A stretch of 64,000 nucleotides of DNA, taken from a bacterium. GTDB lineage: Bacteria > SM23-31. Shown here piece by piece: positions 29,879 through 40,007 of this stretch. The DNA lies in NCBI GenBank assembly GCA_965249485.1, contig OZ252239.1, positions 3,456,001-3,520,000 of the forward strand, given 5' to 3'. Numbering within the stretch: position 1 is the first letter of the stretch; every line of letters starts with the position of its first letter. The notes below the pieces were generated by a model. It saw nothing but the letters and a program-made list of their open reading frames with translations, was not told where the DNA came from and did not search any database. Both the position numbers and the translations under genes were made by a program.

Positions 29879-31219
29879 ATGAAAAAATATGATTTAATCG
29901 TTGTTGGTGCCGGCACTGGGCTGGATGTTGCCGCAAGTGCAACAGGCAAAGGATACACGGTGGCCATTATAGAGAAGGGACCGATGGGAGGCGCCTGTCT
30001 CAACAGAGGTTGTATTCCTTCTAAAATGCTCATTCATTCGGCCGATGTGGCGCAAACCATTGACAATGCTAAAAAGTTCGGAATCACACCCAATGGATAT
30101 AACGTGGACTGGCTTGGCATTGTTGAGCGTGTATCTAACGCTGTTGATAGGGATTCTGCTGAGATCCTTAAAGGCATAAAATCTGATGAGAATATTACTC
30201 TGTACAATCTTGAAGGCAAGTTTGTAGGTGAAAGAACTGTTCAGGTTGGAGATGAAACCATCACCGCAGAGCGCATTCTGATTGCAGCCGGAACCCGACC
30301 CAGAGTTCCGGATATTGACGGCCTTGATGAAGTGGACTTTATGACGAGCATAGAAGCACTAAGAAAAACAACCCAACCGAACCATCTTCTTATTTTAGGT
30401 GGAGGATATATAAGCTGTGAGCTAGCGCATTTCTACGGTTCATTGGGAACAGAGATAACCATCCTTCAACGGAATGTGCGGCTACTACCAGGTGAGGATC
30501 ATGAACTGGCAGACATCTTCACCAAACTATACAAGAAACGCTTTAATGTGCATACAGGGTTTGCAGCGAAGAAGGTGTTCAAAGATGGTGAGGTCATTCA
30601 CATTACCGCAGAAAGTAAGGATGGAGAACAACTACAGGTTAACGGAGACCAGCTGTTGGTTGCCACAGGACGAGTTCCGAATACAGATACATTGGATGTT
30701 GCAGCTGCAGGAGTAGAGACCAATGAGTACATGCAAACCTCTGCTGAAAATGTTTGGGCGCTTGGAGACATAGCAGGCAAATTCCAATTTAAACACAGTG
30801 CTAATCAGGAGGCGCGTTATGTGGGCTACAACCTATTTAACGATAAGCCACTTGCTGTGGATTATTATGCCATGCCACATGCCGTTTTCGGCTATCCTCA
30901 AATAGCAGGAGTGGGTTATACCGAAGAGCAACTAAAGAAAGAAGGAATTGAGTATAGTATAGGTAAGTGTGAGTTCATGCAAACAGGAATGGGAGCGGCA
31001 CTTATGGATGAGGATGGGCTTGTTAAGGTAATGGCGACCTCTGAGGGTGAAATACTTGGCTGCCATATCATTGGACACGAAGCCTCGACACTTATCCATG
31101 AACCAATATTAGCGATGAAAGCGGGCCTCAAAGTGGATGATATACAGAATATGGTTCATATTCATCCCGCCCTATCCGAAGTAGTAGAGCGGGCATTCGG
31201 AGATATTGGCCTGGAATAG
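29879..31219 (+). CDS. Pyridine nucleotide-disulfide oxidoreductase (dihydrolipoamide dehydrogenase/mycothione reductase-like)
   Basis: GAGTG, GGACLNRGCIPSK, GGGYI, ATGRVPN, HPALSE; apparent short internal deletion. Confidence 0.88.
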   Translation: MKKYDLIVVGAGTGLDVAASATGKGYTVAIIEKGPMGGACLNRGCIPSKMLIHSADVAQTIDNAKKFGITPNGYNVDWLGIVERVSNAVDRDSAEILKGIKSDENITLYNLEGKFVGERTVQVGDETITAERILIAAGTRPRVPDIDGLDEVDFMTSIEALRKTTQPNHLLILGGGYISCELAHFYGSLGTEITILQRNVRLLPGEDHELADIFTKLYKKRFNVHTGFAAKKVFKDGEVIHITAESKDGEQLQVNGDQLLVATGRVPNTDTLDVAAAGVETNEYMQTSAENVWALGDIAGKFQFKHSANQEARYVGYNLFNDKPLAVDYYAMPHAVFGYPQIAGVGYTEEQLKKEGIEYSIGKCEFMQTGMGAALMDEDGLVKVMATSEGEILGCHIIGHEASTLIHEPILAMKAGLKVDDIQNMVHIHPALSEVVERAFGDIGLE

Positions 31220-31734
31220 GAAGTCAGTCTCAATACTCAAATTAGTTCATTTTTTAGGCAAATTTCGAAGACACTTTTGCATCAAAATCGCATAGCCCGG
31301 GCGCGTAGATTACGTTCAATCAGCTGAATATCTATAAAAAATCCAACTCCAGATTTTAAAATCTGTTGCGCAACAATAAGCATCTTTTTTCAACCTTCAT
31401 TTAATCTTCCTATAAAAAAATTGAACTTTTCTATATTCAACTCTGTGTAATTATTGATAGACGTGGGAAGGTCTATTGCCAGTAGCCCTCTCTTGTGTGT
31501 ATCGCGGGGAGTGTATTGGAAGAGTGCAGATTGAATGCACTAATTACTTTTTGTAAATAAATATATCTTAAATTGAAAAATATTCCGTATATATATAACC
31601 ACTACCGTATATAAAACTATTTTGGCAGTAAAATTATCCTTGAGTTGCTAGGGTTTACAAGGTCTACAAGTAACGAATGATTCGATTTGCTTTTGCTATT
31701 AATCTGAGTCTTGAGAATCTAAAGGAGACGGATA

Positions 31735-31965
31735 ATGAAAGAATTCGTGAAGTTCATCGCCACACATTTAGTTGACAAGCCAGACGAGGTAGTGGTTACG
31801 GATGTCAAAGGTGAGCGGACAATAGTATATGAACTGCGTGTTGGTGATGGCGATCTTGGGAAGGTAATCGGAAAACGCGGTCGAACGGCCCAATCTATCC
31901 GGACGCTTCTTGAAGCTGCTTCAGCAAAATCAGGCAAAAGGGCAGTTTTGGAAATTCTGGATTAA
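31735..31965 (+). CDS. khpA: KH-domain RNA-binding protein KhpA
   Basis: [37 protein letters not shown]. Confidence 0.9.
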   Translation: MKEFVKFIATHLVDKPDEVVVTDVKGERTIVYELRVGDGDLGKVIGKRGRTAQSIRTLLEAASAKSGKRAVLEILD

Positions 31966-32401
31966 TCATTCACAACCGGTACCTTCAACAACAAAGAAAT
32001 CTTTGTCGATACGTACTCCAGATCCGTTAAGTGTGATATAAAGTGGATATCTGCCAATAGTCTATCCGTGAGAAGGTCCTGCGCGAGGATGTAAGTGTGA
32101 TAAGTAACCAGAATAATTACCGGGATTAAGAGTCTTGGCTTTTTGTTTCTTCTTAACATATTTTCCAATCAAATAGTGCTATATCGTAATTGATCGATTC
32201 GATAAAGTATCTCTGTAAATAGCTCCTTGTATGTCATCAAAATATTTTAGACAGATTTAGTTTTACTATTAAAGCATGATTTTCACCGTAGCATTGTGTA
32301 AACTCATTAACGACTACTGTTCCGAATTTATAATAGATCGGCTGTTTCGTATAACATTCGGGACAACGTGTTTCTATCTTGAGATCAGCTGATAAATGCA
32401 T

Positions 32402-32500
32402 TGTTTTTTCCAACGGCAGTTTGGATTCCCGCAATAAAAGGGCAATACGGTTCTGACTTCTAATCTCGCACTCGAGTTCTACCGGCTCCAACAGATTCTT
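32402..32500 (-). mobile_element. IS21-family IstB N-terminal remnant
   Basis: LLEPVELECEIRSQNRIALLLRESKLPLEKT resembles the IstB helix before the AAA+ domain; no Walker A follows. Confidence 0.55.
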
Positions 32501-33074
32501 CTCCACATATTTGTCTCCGGTATCTTAATGCCGATAGTGTTTTGATTTTCAAGACAAATGTGGTATCTTACATATAAATCAAATATTATTTCTCCTGTAA
32601 TCATTCCGCGCATTCTATCGTTGTATTCAAACCGGATCAACGATAAATAGTTGAATATTGATGAGTGTGTTTTCAATTTCCCTGTTGAATGATATAAAAC
32701 GTGATTTTAGTTGGTGCTATCTGATAATTGTGATTCTTTTTATGAGATTTAAGCTTTTGGCATATCTCACTGATTACACCACTCAAGCCTAATTTAAAAA
32801 AACAACCACCCTGAAATTGCATTAATTTATTTGCGTTTTATAAAATTTCAAGAATCTATTGCAGGATTTGAATGATAAACATGTCACAATCAGACCCAAT
32901 TCAGGCTCATCTGAAAACACAGTTTCGGGAGGTAATGCAGGCAGTTTCTGGATGAAGCGAAGGACAAAAGCTAGAGACGGATTTACAGAACGAACAAATC
33001 ATAGTATCAGAAGAATTATAAATTCAGAATAGGAATATTGATAATTAAACGTATAAATGGGGAGTGGGCCATTC

Positions 33075-33932
33075 ATGACAACGTTTAGTCAGATACAAGG
33101 TAATCGTGAAAATCAATCATTAAATAGCTATTTACAGGAAATTGGAAAAGTACCATTACTTGCTCCGCAGGAAGAAATACATTTAGCACGCCGTATCAAG
33201 AAAAACGATCAGGAGGCATTAGAGAAATTAACCAGGGCAAATCTTCGTTTTGTTGTAAGTGTTGCAAAACAGTATCAAAATCAAGGACTAATCTTTGGAG
33301 ATCTCATAAATGAAGGAAACCTCGGCTTAATAAGAGCTGCAAAAAGATTTGACGAAACACGCGGGTTTAAATTTATCTCATATGCTGTATGGTGGATCCG
33401 CCAAGCTATTCTTCAGGCACTCGCGGAGCAAACCCGTGTTGTGCGCCTTCCCTTAAACCGTGTCGGTGCACTGAAAAAAATTGGAAAGGCATTTAGTAAT
33501 CTTGAGCAAAAATTCGACCGGGAACCAAGTGCCTCTGAGATAGCAGAAGAAATAGATATGACTCCAAACGAAGTTTTTGGTAATTTGAAACTATCAGGAC
33601 GCCATCTTTCCATGGAAGCACCGTTTAGCCAGGGTGAAGACAATCGTCTTCTCGATGTGATTCAAAATGACCAACAGCCTTCTCCCGATAATGATCTCAT
33701 GCATGAATCGTTGAAGAACGAAGTTGAACGAGCGCTGTCGACCTTGACATACAGAGAAGCTGAGGTCGTAAAATTGTATTTTGGGTTCGGGCAGGATCAT
33801 CCTTGGACATTGGAAGAGATCGGAGAGCTATTAAACCTTACCCGTGAACGTATACGTCAAATTAAAGAAAAAGCCATTAAACGTTTGCAGCATGTATCCA
33901 GAAGCCGGGCTTTGCGTACCTACCTCGGTTGA
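33075..33932 (+). CDS. Sigma-70 factor, RpoD/SigA-like, lacking region 1.1
   Basis: [59 protein letters not shown]. Confidence 0.93.
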   Translation: MTTFSQIQGNRENQSLNSYLQEIGKVPLLAPQEEIHLARRIKKNDQEALEKLTRANLRFVVSVAKQYQNQGLIFGDLINEGNLGLIRAAKRFDETRGFKFISYAVWWIRQAILQALAEQTRVVRLPLNRVGALKKIGKAFSNLEQKFDREPSASEIAEEIDMTPNEVFGNLKLSGRHLSMEAPFSQGEDNRLLDVIQNDQQPSPDNDLMHESLKNEVERALSTLTYREAEVVKLYFGFGQDHPWTLEEIGELLNLTRERIRQIKEKAIKRLQHVSRSRALRTYLG

Positions 33933-34713
33933 TAAAATAATCTGGAACTGTCTCTTTAGGGCTTATAGAGCAATAATTTCAGAATAAAAATATTTACACC
34001 TATGTGTTTTTCATCCTGAAAAGCACGGTACCCTGATCGTGCCTGCCCTTGATGGATATTACTGAAGGAATCCAGGGGAATAAAACGTTCTTCTAAAATC
34101 CTTTTACACGTCATGTACTTTTACAAATTACTCTGGGTGTTTAGGAATAGAACTGTACGTCGTCAGAAAAATTCGGATTATTGAAATTAATAATTATGAG
34201 ACACTCTTAATTTTTCCAAGTAATATCTTTTCACCACATTTCCAAGATTCTATATACCTCTTAACTTCATTGTTGAGCGTTTGATTGATTTGATCTGCCC
34301 CTATCGTTTCAGCCATTTCCAAGTTAGTCAATTCATCGATATCTTCATCATAGTATATTACATTGGTCTTGTGACCGTATCCAGTGGTAAAACGGCTTCG
34401 GGGACGGATGGTCAATATCCGAGGGCACTATGCGGCTTCCTATAATTATACTCATTTCGCCAAAATTCTACAAGCACTTTTGCTTCCCGAAGATTGTGGA
34501 TAATCTGTTCTATAGTGTAGATTCTCCTTACCATTGACCTTGCTCCTTTCTTTCAATCCGATCACTATACTAATATAATACCTGGCTCAAATATTTGGTG
34601 CAAGGTAACAGGTAAAGCGAGAAAAGAAGAACAATTTATTTGCTGTTAACACTATGTCTACCGGCATTTCAGGACCTTGCTGGGCCTCTTAAAACGTGAC
34701 TGCAGAAAGTGAC

Positions 34714-34768
34714 TTCCAATATAAAGCTCACCCGCTGCGGAACGCGGTCGGGTGTAGCTATTTATCTG
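34714..34768 (-). repeat. Decayed attC-like hairpin downstream of the mscS-like gene
   Basis: Minus strand AGCT-A-CACCCG-A-CCGCG-TTC-CGCAG-CGGGTG-AGCT-TTAT-ATTGGAA: hairpin with two extrahelical bases and a degenerate GTTRRRY core. Confidence 0.5.
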
Positions 34769-34794
34769 TCATCTCATAAAATTATGAACCTTTT

Positions 34795-35295
34795 TTAACG
34801 AAGAACAGCAATTGGATCGGTAAATAATTTTGAATTGGGAATTAGTATTTTGCTACCTTCTCCCTTAAGTTCGGTATACCTTAGGTCAATAGATACAACA
34901 GTACCTTCATAACCTGACATCTTTATGTAATCTCCTATTTCAAACGGACGATATACTAAGATTAAAATACCCGAAAGAAGATTGGAAATAGTATCTTTCA
35001 ATGCAAAGCCCAGAGCGAATCCAGTTAATCCTAGCCCGGCAACAAGAGCTGATACATCAACACCTAATGTTCCGAGTCCGGTAATAAAACCCAAGACAAT
35101 TAGCATTATTTTAGCTGTACGAGCAATCAATGATGCAAGTTTAGCATTAATTTCAAATTGTTGAGAAATTTTAATTATTGCACGGTTTGCAATAATAGCT
35201 AAAATCAAAAAAATCAGGAGTATAACTAAAGAGATGCCAACTTTTGGTCCCAAGAGAGTTATTTGCTCAAGTACAATTTTCTCTAAGTTTCCCAT
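34795..35295 (-). CDS. Small mechanosensitive channel MscS family (short form)
   Basis: LGVDVSALVAGLGLTGFALGFALKD, RPFEIGDYI, IPNSKL. Confidence 0.88.
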   Translation of the reverse strand: MGNLEKIVLEQITLLGPKVGISLVILLIFLILAIIANRAIIKISQQFEINAKLASLIARTAKIMLIVLGFITGLGTLGVDVSALVAGLGLTGFALGFALKDTISNLLSGILILVYRPFEIGDYIKMSGYEGTVVSIDLRYTELKGEGSKILIPNSKLFTDPIAVLR

Positions 35296-35652
35296 TATTA
35301 TCTTGCCTTTTTTTAGTTCATTAGGGAATTGCTCACTAGGGCTTATACAGAACAGAGTTAAAAACCTATATACAGCTATTTGCGCTGTATAAGACCCCAA
35401 TTAAACATCATTTCCTACTGTATCTCAAGGAATTGGATTTTGGATACATTTACAAAAACGAAAACTTATACCTTTTATTGATCAATATTCACTTGAGACC
35501 GTTTTTGACCTAATTACCTTAAAAATTAATCATTATTGGAGTGATGAAATATCACTACTGTATATATCAAATCTCGGAGCACAGGCGATACATGTTCTGA
35601 CAGCGTACACTAAATTATAGATCGGTCTGATTCTTTTCGAACTGCTTTAATA

Positions 35653-35830
35653 TCAATGGATTACAACAATTTCCTCATTTGGCGGATGGAGCCATTCTAC
35701 TCCCCGGCTGGAAACAACGTGAATATTTGAAATATTAATGGATATCGGAAAACCGGGTCGATCAGGCAGATTGGTGTGAACTGCATATTCAAAAGCAAAA
35801 AGGTGATTCTCTTTAATCGTCAATTCGTAC
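35653..35830 (-). pseudogene. C-terminal fragment of an M24-family peptidase
   Basis: ENHLFAFEYAVHTNLPDRPG...SSRGVEWLHPPNEEIVVIH is closely similar to the C-terminus of 40008..41441. Confidence 0.85.
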
Positions 35831-35894
35831 AGCCCGAGCGCGTAGAAAATGTTCAATGTATCCTTGGTATGCCACTGTATCTACACTCTTTATT

Positions 35895-35929
35895 TATAAA
35901 TGGCCGTCATGAATTGACGGCCATTTATA
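35895..35929 (-). terminator. Terminator-like hairpin of the cadherin-peptidase gene
   Basis: TATAAATGGCCGTCA-N5-TGACGGCCATTTATA perfect inverted repeat. Confidence 0.6.
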
Positions 35930-35970
35930 CTATTTAACCATTTTCTAACGTTCCAGCATTGTGCTCCAGA

Positions 35971-37068
35971 TCATTCTTCCCACCCCATCTCCTTGAAGAA
36001 CTCCTCCCGGTTTGGGAATAAAAATGAGATGATGTCATACAACTCAGAGTCAATTATTTTAAAATTTTCGGGTGTCAGCGGTAAGCCGTTAAAGGAACGC
36101 CGACCAAAACCGCCGAGATGAATCTGAAGGCCGAGAATGAGATATTCATAGCTGAAGATGCGGGCCGGCAATCCATCCTGTGGGCGGAAAAAATTTCGCT
36201 CTATGGCTACTTTTGTCGCCGCTTCAAGCCGTTCCTGGACACCCGGATAGGCTTCCATGATACCTCCGCCATGGATCAAATGGGCGATCTCTTCAACAGA
36301 CTCATCACGGCGCAGGTTTGCCGGTCCGCCAAGCCGAAAATAGTCAGGGATGATCCCTTCTCCGGTGAGGCCCTTAGGCCGTATTCCCAGGTTTCGGCTG
36401 TGCATATAAAAACCGATTGAGGTGTTGCGCTCCTCGAAGTCCTTAAACATAGTCATGGTCGCATTACTTTTTTTAAGGTACTCTGTGACCTTTCCAGATC
36501 CTCTTCTATCCTTGGATAGCAGGGCATCAGCAACCTTCACTGCATACTCGAATTTTTCGGGATCCAAGGTTTTTGTTGCAAACAAGCTCATACTTAATGC
36601 TTCTCTACGCTGTGTAAAAACATCAAGAGCATTTTCACGTTTAGGTGTCTCCGGGAGCGCTATAATGATGAGGACCTGCTCCATAAACCCGTCGCTGTTC
36701 GTCGCGCGAACCTCCGCGTAATAGTGAGCAGGATTATCAGGGGGCTGTGCTTTCAGATTCAACTCGCCGGTATCGGCATCGATCTCAACGATCTTCGTTG
36801 CGTCAAGCTGACCTTCCTTCAGGTAACGTCTGCGGTCGCCTCCTGGTACTGGCGGTATCAAGCTCCAGGTGGTCTTCTTCTCATTCGTGAATACGAGTTC
36901 GATCTTTCCGACAACGTCGCCAATTTTTGTCGTTCTGGTCACCAGAAAGCGATCGAATTCGTCGGTGACGATAGGCTTCTGCGCATAGCTTGCGCCGTCG
37001 AACGGGGCTGCGAACAGGAACAGAAGTACGACAAGAATTACTTTGGTAAAGATATTTTTTTCAAGCAT
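35971..37068 (-). CDS. Secreted protein: cadherin-like domain plus putative Zn-metallopeptidase domain (EExxH)
   Basis: Signal peptide; IDADTGELNL...YYAEVRATNSDG; SVEEIAHLIH; paralog of 43897..45000. Confidence 0.55.
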   Translation of the reverse strand: MLEKNIFTKVILVVLLFLFAAPFDGASYAQKPIVTDEFDRFLVTRTTKIGDVVGKIELVFTNEKKTTWSLIPPVPGGDRRRYLKEGQLDATKIVEIDADTGELNLKAQPPDNPAHYYAEVRATNSDGFMEQVLIIIALPETPKRENALDVFTQRREALSMSLFATKTLDPEKFEYAVKVADALLSKDRRGSGKVTEYLKKSNATMTMFKDFEERNTSIGFYMHSRNLGIRPKGLTGEGIIPDYFRLGGPANLRRDESVEEIAHLIHGGGIMEAYPGVQERLEAATKVAIERNFFRPQDGLPARIFSYEYLILGLQIHLGGFGRRSFNGLPLTPENFKIIDSELYDIISFLFPNREEFFKEMGWEE

Positions 37069-37189
37069 TGTATGCCTCCTCCCGCGCCCACCAGCCTACA
37101 TCTTCAATTGTTGTCACACCCGGCTGAACATTGACAACAGGGACAGCAAACAGCACAGATATTAAAAAAACAATGATTCGGATTATCAT
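37061..37189 (-). pseudogene. 5' remnant of an M24-family peptidase with an internal deletion
   Basis: Not in the ORF track; GGAGG RBS, then MIIRIIVFLISVLFAVPVVNVQPGVTTIEDVGWWAREEAYNA*; matches the signal-QPGV and TPGVTTRQDVGWWVKEE segments of 40008..41441. Confidence 0.8.
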
Positions 37190-37369
37190 AGTTTCCTCCC
37201 AAAATTAAAATTGATAGCATTGTGTTCACATTCCAATTCTGTGAAAGATACATTTTATTAGATCAACCTGTATTTTACTCAAAATTATAAAGGTATCTGA
37301 AAAGGTTGTTGGTAAATGAGTGGGGTATGATATAGAAATACAAATATGCTCTCTTATTCTTCAGCACAG

Positions 37370-37831
37370 TTACTTATTCCTGCTTTTTCGTATAGAGTGT
37401 ATTTCTTTTACTCTTCTGATAAATTCTTCCATTCCAATCATCGCAACACTTTCGCCGATTAACTGCAGAGGAAGATCATCCAGCTTTTTAAAACGTACAC
37501 ATGATTTTCCGACATCGAATCTTTTACCTGTTAACCGATATGCTTTTTCAAATTTTTGAAATTTATCTTCGTCCATATAGATGCCGGTCAAATAAACTGC
37601 CATATGGTTTTTCTGTGAAGCGAGCGCTGCGTACATGAGAGGCTTCTCATTGTACGTATCGGGATATACTTCCAGCGGCACTTGATACGTGATCATTCCC
37701 CAATTCATTTCTTCATCATAACCTGCTGGAAGGTTTTCCAGAATAATAGAACGGACTTTATCAATCGCTTCTCTGCGGTCAGCGGGAAGTTCAGATAAAT
37801 ATTGTTCAACAGTATGTGCATTTGAACGCAT
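37370..37831 (-). CDS. DUF1801 family protein
   Basis: YPDTYNEKPLMYAALASQKNHMAVYL, DVGKSCVRFKKLDDLPL. Confidence 0.8.
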   Translation of the reverse strand: MRSNAHTVEQYLSELPADRREAIDKVRSIILENLPAGYDEEMNWGMITYQVPLEVYPDTYNEKPLMYAALASQKNHMAVYLTGIYMDEDKFQKFEKAYRLTGKRFDVGKSCVRFKKLDDLPLQLIGESVAMIGMEEFIRRVKEIHSIRKSRNK

Positions 37832-37961
37832 ACGTTAAGATTCTTCTTCCATGAAAGGATCACTTGAGATAAATACATTAAAAACAAAAATTTATTCAAC
37901 TATCACGCTATGATATATTTCAATTGATGTAGTAAATCGTATTATCAATGAAGATTTCGGA

Positions 37962-38513
37962 CTATTCTAATTCACCCGCTTTACCCGAGTTTTCCCAGTC
38001 TTCTATAGTACCCCTCTTCTTTTGATGTTCCATGATAATTTGCCATTTCCCATTTTCCCGGACAGAAAGACTTTCAAAATAGGTGTAATTCGTACGCCTT
38101 TCACCATTTTCGTCGACCGCACTATAAGAATATACACCGGTCTCAAACGCTGTATTGCTGCTGTAAATTCTTTTATCGAATCGGAACTTCAAATATGTAG
38201 TTTTTGGGGCATCTTTCTGTTTTTCAAAGTCAATTTTCACACTTTCAAGCCACTGTTTTCCGGTCATACTTTGATTATCCATTTCCATGACCACAACTGC
38301 TGAGGGGTGGTAACAGGCAGCATGAGTTTCGTAATCTGATTCTAAAACGGATTTTATGATAGGTTTCCAAAGCTCTTTGTTAATTTGGGCGCGGTAATCT
38401 ATTTCTTGATTAGTGGAATCGTAAACTTTCTTATTGAGAAGACTGGTATTTTCAACAGCATCATTCAATGGTATTACTAAAATTAGCAACAGTATGCACA
38501 TTGAATTTTTCAT
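37962..38513 (-). CDS. Secreted NTF2/SnoaL-like (DUF4440-type) protein
   Basis: Signal peptide; YHPSAV, TAFETGVY, GKWQIIMEHQ. Confidence 0.65.
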   Translation of the reverse strand: MKNSMCILLLILVIPLNDAVENTSLLNKKVYDSTNQEIDYRAQINKELWKPIIKSVLESDYETHAACYHPSAVVVMEMDNQSMTGKQWLESVKIDFEKQKDAPKTTYLKFRFDKRIYSSNTAFETGVYSYSAVDENGERRTNYTYFESLSVRENGKWQIIMEHQKKRGTIEDWENSGKAGELE

Positions 38514-38646
38514 GTTTTTTGCTCCTTAATGAGAATTTGTGCGCTCAGCCCCAACTTTTAGCCCTTTGCCGCCAATCTGGCAGGCAGTAAATTGCGTATA
38601 CTACTTTGGTCTTGTATTTAACCACTTATGTAACAAGAGATTAATT

Positions 38647-39615
38647 TCATTCTTCCTTTTTAATTTCTTCCAATGGCACAAGCTCATGAATTTTATTCAA
38701 ATCCGCACTGATTATTCCATTCTCAAAATCGTGAGACATATCGGCAAATTTATAACCCCATTTAACCTCGTCATACCGGAATGAAGAATGAGCATGTACT
38801 GTCTGGGAAAAGGTATCATCAATTGCAGTTATTTGTATAATAAATTCAGCTTCAGAATTGATCAAATCGGTTTCGGTGAAACCTGAGATAGGACTTTCTT
38901 TGTCAATAGGATGCACGATCGTCCAGTGAAGCGGAAGAAATACAATTTTATCCAATTAAAGATTCAGAAGGTAGTACCGTCTTATTTTCTTTTCTCCGAA
39001 TTTTTCAACAAGAGAAACCAAAAGCTTTACACTCACTTCAATGAGCTGGTTTTTGCGTTCGTTTGCTATTCTGAATTGGAATGATGTCATATCCTGAAAT
39101 GGGGTTATGATTGCATTATTAGAATAGATTATCTGTGCAACCGGCCGCGAAAATCTTGCAAACAGCAAGCCCGTTGCGAGTGCAAAAGAAAGCAGTCCAA
39201 CAAATGCCTCAAATGAGGCAAATATGTTCGTAATATAATTGTCAGGACTCAACACTCCATATCCTACTGATGTAAAAGTCTGGATGCTGAAGAAAAATGC
39301 ACTCCAGAACCGCTCAATAAATGAATTGCCTTCAATTCCGGTTATCCCCTCTATTCCAATAAACAAGTAGCTGAGCGCAAAAAAGGAATTTACCATAATA
39401 AATAGTCCGAGAATCAGCACATGAAATTTCCACCAGGGAATGGTCAGTAGCATGTTAAATGTGTTAAATCTGCGGAAGAATGGATATCCGGTTCTCTTGA
39501 CATTAAAGCTGCCGTCCCGGTTGAGCAGCCGCTGGCCGTCTTCATCGGAGACTCGTGAACCAAATCCCGATTCTAACGACTCATTTTCTTTTTTGTTGAA
39601 TTTTAAATTGAGCAT
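38647..39615 (-). pseudogene. Inward-rectifier K+ channel (KirBac) interrupted by an in-frame TAA
   Basis: FFFSIQTFTSVGYG filter, FARFSRP, FRIANER, then LNL*LDKIVFLPLHWTIVHPID in the same frame; stop at 38956-38958. Confidence 0.85.
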
Positions 39616-39920
39616 AAATTTAGAATTGTGTAATGAAGATTAAATATTGAGGGTTTCTTCGGAGAAAGACCGGATTCTTCAACTGAACCTGGTAATTCGA
39701 TTTAAATCATGTTTGGTATGTTCCTAATATTCAATATAATAAAGAGCATAAACAACACAATTGCAACAAAAAAACTTCATGAAATCAAACTATGGTTAAT
39801 ACTCCTTTATAGGGATTTATAATCGATTGTAAGACCGGAAAACTGAATTATAATGCTGCACACATATATTCTCTGAAATAGGATCATCAATTCGTGCAAT
39901 ACACATATAAGCTTCACAAA

Positions 39921-39958
39921 CATTTAAGCCCTGAAGATATTCATTCAGGGCTTAAATG
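39921..39958 (-). terminator. Terminator-like hairpin
   Basis: CATTTAAGCCCTGAA-N8-TTCAGGGCTTAAATG downstream of the M24 gene. Confidence 0.6.
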
Positions 39959-40007
39959 GTATTACTATAAATATTTAAAACGGGTTAATTATCGAAGTAA
40001 CTAATGC

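Noticed and set aside
31962..32676. ORFs 31962..32168, 32237..32506 and 32479..32676 as real genes
   Set aside because: They look like chimeric debris; only the IstB-like segment is recognisable
32880..33000. Riboswitch upstream of the sigma factor
   Set aside because: Only a weak TCATC...GATGA pairing; no match to any riboswitch consensus I can recognise
34194..34415. 73-aa ORF
   Set aside because: No clear start or motif; probably a gene remnant
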